Shown: positions 59,122-61,660 of the stretch, one piece after another
How positions within the stretch are numbered: the stretch's first letter is position 1
How the letters are laid out: the number at the start of each line of letters is the position of its first letter
Assembly (NCBI RefSeq): GCF_035656215.1
Contig: NZ_DASRSY010000318.1
Coordinates: 1-61,660, forward strand
Length of the DNA stretch: 61,660 nucleotides
Reading direction: 5' to 3'
Origin: Paraburkholderia sp.
GTDB taxonomy: Bacteria; Pseudomonadota; Gammaproteobacteria; Burkholderiales; Burkholderiaceae
Notes under the pieces: generated by a model
What the model was told of the DNA's origin: nothing
The model's input: only the letters and a program-made list of their open reading frames with translations
Databases searched by the model: none
Made by a program: the position numbers and the translations under genes

Positions 59122-60021
59122 CTATGCACTGCGTGAGAAGCGATGCCCCAGTTCGCGCAACCACGTCAGAAAGGTATTGATGGCGGGATCCCCAAGGCGT
59201 GCATTGTGGACGTAGCTGCAGTAGCGCCATGCCGGCAGGGCTGGCCCGTCGAACGGAAACACGAGGCGGCCCTCCTCGACATCGAGCGCTACAAGCGCAG
59301 TCGGGCCCATCGCAATACCCAAGCCATCAATGGCAGCCTGCAGGGTCAAATAAAAGTGGTCCAGTTGCTGGGAATTGCGTGCGGCAAGCTGAGGGTTGCC
59401 GCACGCCGCAAACCATTCAGCCCAAAGGCCGGGATAGGTCGCCGTGTGCAGCAGGGTGTGATGCGCCAGATCCGAGACATGGTGTATCGGATGAGATTCC
59501 AACACCTTGGGTGAGCACACCGGCAGTCGGACTTCCGACAGAAATTCGTTGACTACGTACCCGGCCGGTTTCTGCTCGCTGCCGCGAATCGCCACATCGC
59601 ATTCGTCGCGTAGCCTTTCGATCGGTTCGTCCGAAGTAGTCAGTCGGACTTCCACCGCCGGATTGGTCAATTGGAAGTTAGAAAGCTGCGGCAATAGCCA
59701 TCGCAACGCGAAAGTAGTCGGCGCATTGACCCTGATGATCTGCTGTCGCGTGACCCGAAGCTGTTCATTGGTGGCCAGCGCGATGCGGTCGAGCGCCGCC
59801 GATATCTCCGACAAGTAAGCGCGCCCCGGCGCGGTCAGTACGACCCTTCGGCCGCGGCGTTCAAACAGGTCGTGTCCAAGCCAGGCTTCCAGTTGTCTCA
59901 CTTGCCGGCTCACGGCTCCATGCGTGACGCAAAGCTCGTCGGCTGCGGCTGAAAAACTCTCGACCCTGGCTGCGGCTTCAAACACGCGCAGTGCGTTCAA
60001 CGGTGGCAGACGACGTGGCAT
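59122..60021 (-). CDS. LysR family regulator (GcvA-like)
   Basis: LPPLNALRVFEAAARVESFSAAADELCVTHGAVSRQ HTH. Confidence 0.93.
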   Translation of the reverse strand: MPRRLPPLNALRVFEAAARVESFSAAADELCVTHGAVSRQVRQLEAWLGHDLFERRGRRVVLTAPGRAYLSEISAALDRIALATNEQLRVTRQQIIRVNAPTTFALRWLLPQLSNFQLTNPAVEVRLTTSDEPIERLRDECDVAIRGSEQKPAGYVVNEFLSEVRLPVCSPKVLESHPIHHVSDLAHHTLLHTATYPGLWAEWFAACGNPQLAARNSQQLDHFYLTLQAAIDGLGIAMGPTALVALDVEEGRLVFPFDGPALPAWRYCSYVHNARLGDPAINTFLTWLRELGHRFSRSA

Positions 60022-60035
60022 GCGGCGAATCTCTA

Positions 60036-60052
60036 TGTGAGTTTTCCTGACA
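60036..60052. promoter_or_regulatory. LysR recognition box
   Basis: Dyad TGTGAG-N5-CTGACA (contains T-N11-A) between lysR and purA. Confidence 0.55.
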
Positions 60053-60164
60053 CTTATGATGAGTTTATATCGATTTTAGCGGCCGCCGTCGGCCATTATA
60101 TTGAGCCTGTTGGCAGCAGATCTGGTTTCGATCTGTTCGATAAAGTCACCAGGAAGACTACCGT

Positions 60165-61469
60165 ATGTCGAATGTTGTTGTGGTTGGCGCGCAGTGGGGC
60201 GATGAGGGAAAAGGCCGGATTGTGGATTGGCTTGCCGAGAAAGCGGACATCGTTGCCCGTTTCAACGGTGGCCACAACGCCGGCCACACGCTTGTGGTGA
60301 ATGGTCAGACCTACAAACTGGCGCTGCTTCCCAGCGGTATCGTGCGCGGAAAGCTTGGTCTGATCGGCAACGGCGTCGCACTTGACCCTGAGGCGCTGCT
60401 TGCGGAGATTGACCGCATGGCCGCGCTGGGCATCAGCGTAACGCCAGAGGTGCTGCAGATCGCCGAGACGGCCACGCTTGTCCTGCCGGTCCATCGCGCG
60501 ATCGACGCCGCTCAGGAACGCTTGCGCGCCAAGCCGATCGGCACCACGCTACGCGGTATCGGTCCGGCATACGAAGACAAAGTTGGGCGCCGAGGGTTGC
60601 GCGTCTGCGACCTTGCTGAACCGGAACTGCTCGCTGAAAAGCTCGATGCACTGCTGGAGCACCATAACGCGTGGTTCCGCGGCCTCGGTCTGGAAGCTTT
60701 CCAGCGAAACCGGATGTTGAGCGACCTGCTTGCCATGGCGCCAAGAATCCTGCCGTTCATGGGACGCGTCTGGGAACAGCTCGACAACGCCCATTCATTG
60801 GGCAAGCGCACGGTCTTCGAAGGCTCGCAAGCCGTGATGCTTGACGTGGACTGGGGTAGCTATCCCTATGTGACGTCGTCGAGCACCGTCGCCGCTGGCG
60901 CGGCCAGTGGCACCGGCATCGCCCCCTCGCACCTTGGGCAGGTGCTTGGCGTCAGCAAAGTCTATGCAACGCGTGTTGGCGAAGGCCCTTTCACGTCCGA
61001 GGTGGACGGAACCCTCGGTGACATGCTCAGGCAGCGCGGCGGCGAGTATGGAGTCAACACCGGCCGCCCGCGTCGCTGCGGTTGGCTGGACACTGTGCAA
61101 CTGCGGCAGAGCACCAAGGTCGCCGGCATAAACCTGCTAGCGCTGACCAAGCTGGATGTACTCGATGGCTTCGATTCGGTCTACGTGTGCGTAGGCTACG
61201 AGCTTGATGGGAAGCGCATCGACTACATGCCGTCCACCAACGCCGAGCAGCAGCGCCTGCAGCCGGTTCTTAAGCGCTTTGATGGCTGGGACGGTTCGAC
61301 CCGCGGCATTCGGTCTTATGGCGAGCTGCCCCGCCAGGCCGCGGCGCTGATTGAAGCGATTCAGCAGGAAGTCGGCATTCCGGTGTCAATGGTTACCACT
61401 GGCCCTGAACGTGATGACGCAATTGTCTTGCGATCGCCATTCGCGGAAACGGACGGCATAGCGATCTGA
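60165..61469 (+). CDS. purA: Adenylosuccinate synthetase (probably accessory copy)
   Basis: [54 protein letters not shown] and TKLDVL motifs. Confidence 0.95.
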   Translation: MSNVVVVGAQWGDEGKGRIVDWLAEKADIVARFNGGHNAGHTLVVNGQTYKLALLPSGIVRGKLGLIGNGVALDPEALLAEIDRMAALGISVTPEVLQIAETATLVLPVHRAIDAAQERLRAKPIGTTLRGIGPAYEDKVGRRGLRVCDLAEPELLAEKLDALLEHHNAWFRGLGLEAFQRNRMLSDLLAMAPRILPFMGRVWEQLDNAHSLGKRTVFEGSQAVMLDVDWGSYPYVTSSSTVAAGAASGTGIAPSHLGQVLGVSKVYATRVGEGPFTSEVDGTLGDMLRQRGGEYGVNTGRPRRCGWLDTVQLRQSTKVAGINLLALTKLDVLDGFDSVYVCVGYELDGKRIDYMPSTNAEQQRLQPVLKRFDGWDGSTRGIRSYGELPRQAAALIEAIQQEVGIPVSMVTTGPERDDAIVLRSPFAETDGIAI

Positions 61470-61660
61470 TTGACTCATGCCGACAAAGGGTTGGCGGGCA
61501 GCCGTTATCGAGAAGGCTGAGGGACCGTTGTGGGTCGAACTGAGGCGGTCGTCGTCGGACTGAGTTCGGCCACAACCCGTCATTCAAATGCGTCGTCGGT
61601 ATGACGGCCTGTCAAGGAGAAGCCCGCTCCCAAATACGGCCGCTACGCGCACTCATCCGT

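Noticed and set aside
60165-61469. PurZ (Z-genome, diaminopurine pathway) instead of PurA
   Set aside because: The catalytic Asp of GDEGKG is retained (PurZ has Ser there) and there is no phage context.
1-61660. rRNA, tRNA, prophage or secondary-metabolite biosynthetic cluster
   Set aside because: No recognisable signatures were found by eye; small structured RNAs could have been missed.

Overview
GC-rich betaproteobacterial chromosomal DNA. Gene content and codon style suggest Paraburkholderia/Burkholderia (inference). The window opens with an intact IS5-family element, followed by an alpha-glucan/glucose module (debranching enzyme, GH63, zwf, ROK kinase) and many small stress and detoxification genes. 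It holds two YciI/ECF42-type sigma loci, with three matching promoters, and accessory-looking copies of essential enzymes: trpS behind a Trp-rich in-frame leader, an editing-domain-less thrS with a Thr attenuator, and a LysR-linked purA. The main candidate for an undescribed system is a ~14 kb cluster at 34.7-48.7 kb. It encodes an isoxanthopterin-deaminase-like enzyme, an NCS2 permease, a CobW chaperone, UbiD/UbiX, an active plus degenerate amidohydrolase pair, an AMDase-like protein, two LysR regulators and a molybdo-hydroxylase. This set fits the classical pteridine -> xanthine-8-carboxylate -> xanthine ring-contraction route, whose genes I do not know to be assigned. The right end is a mosaic of modules and relics, including an integron-integrase-like fragment next to an attC-like half site. 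No rRNA, tRNA or CRISPR array was seen. All family calls come from motif recognition by eye; no database searches were run.
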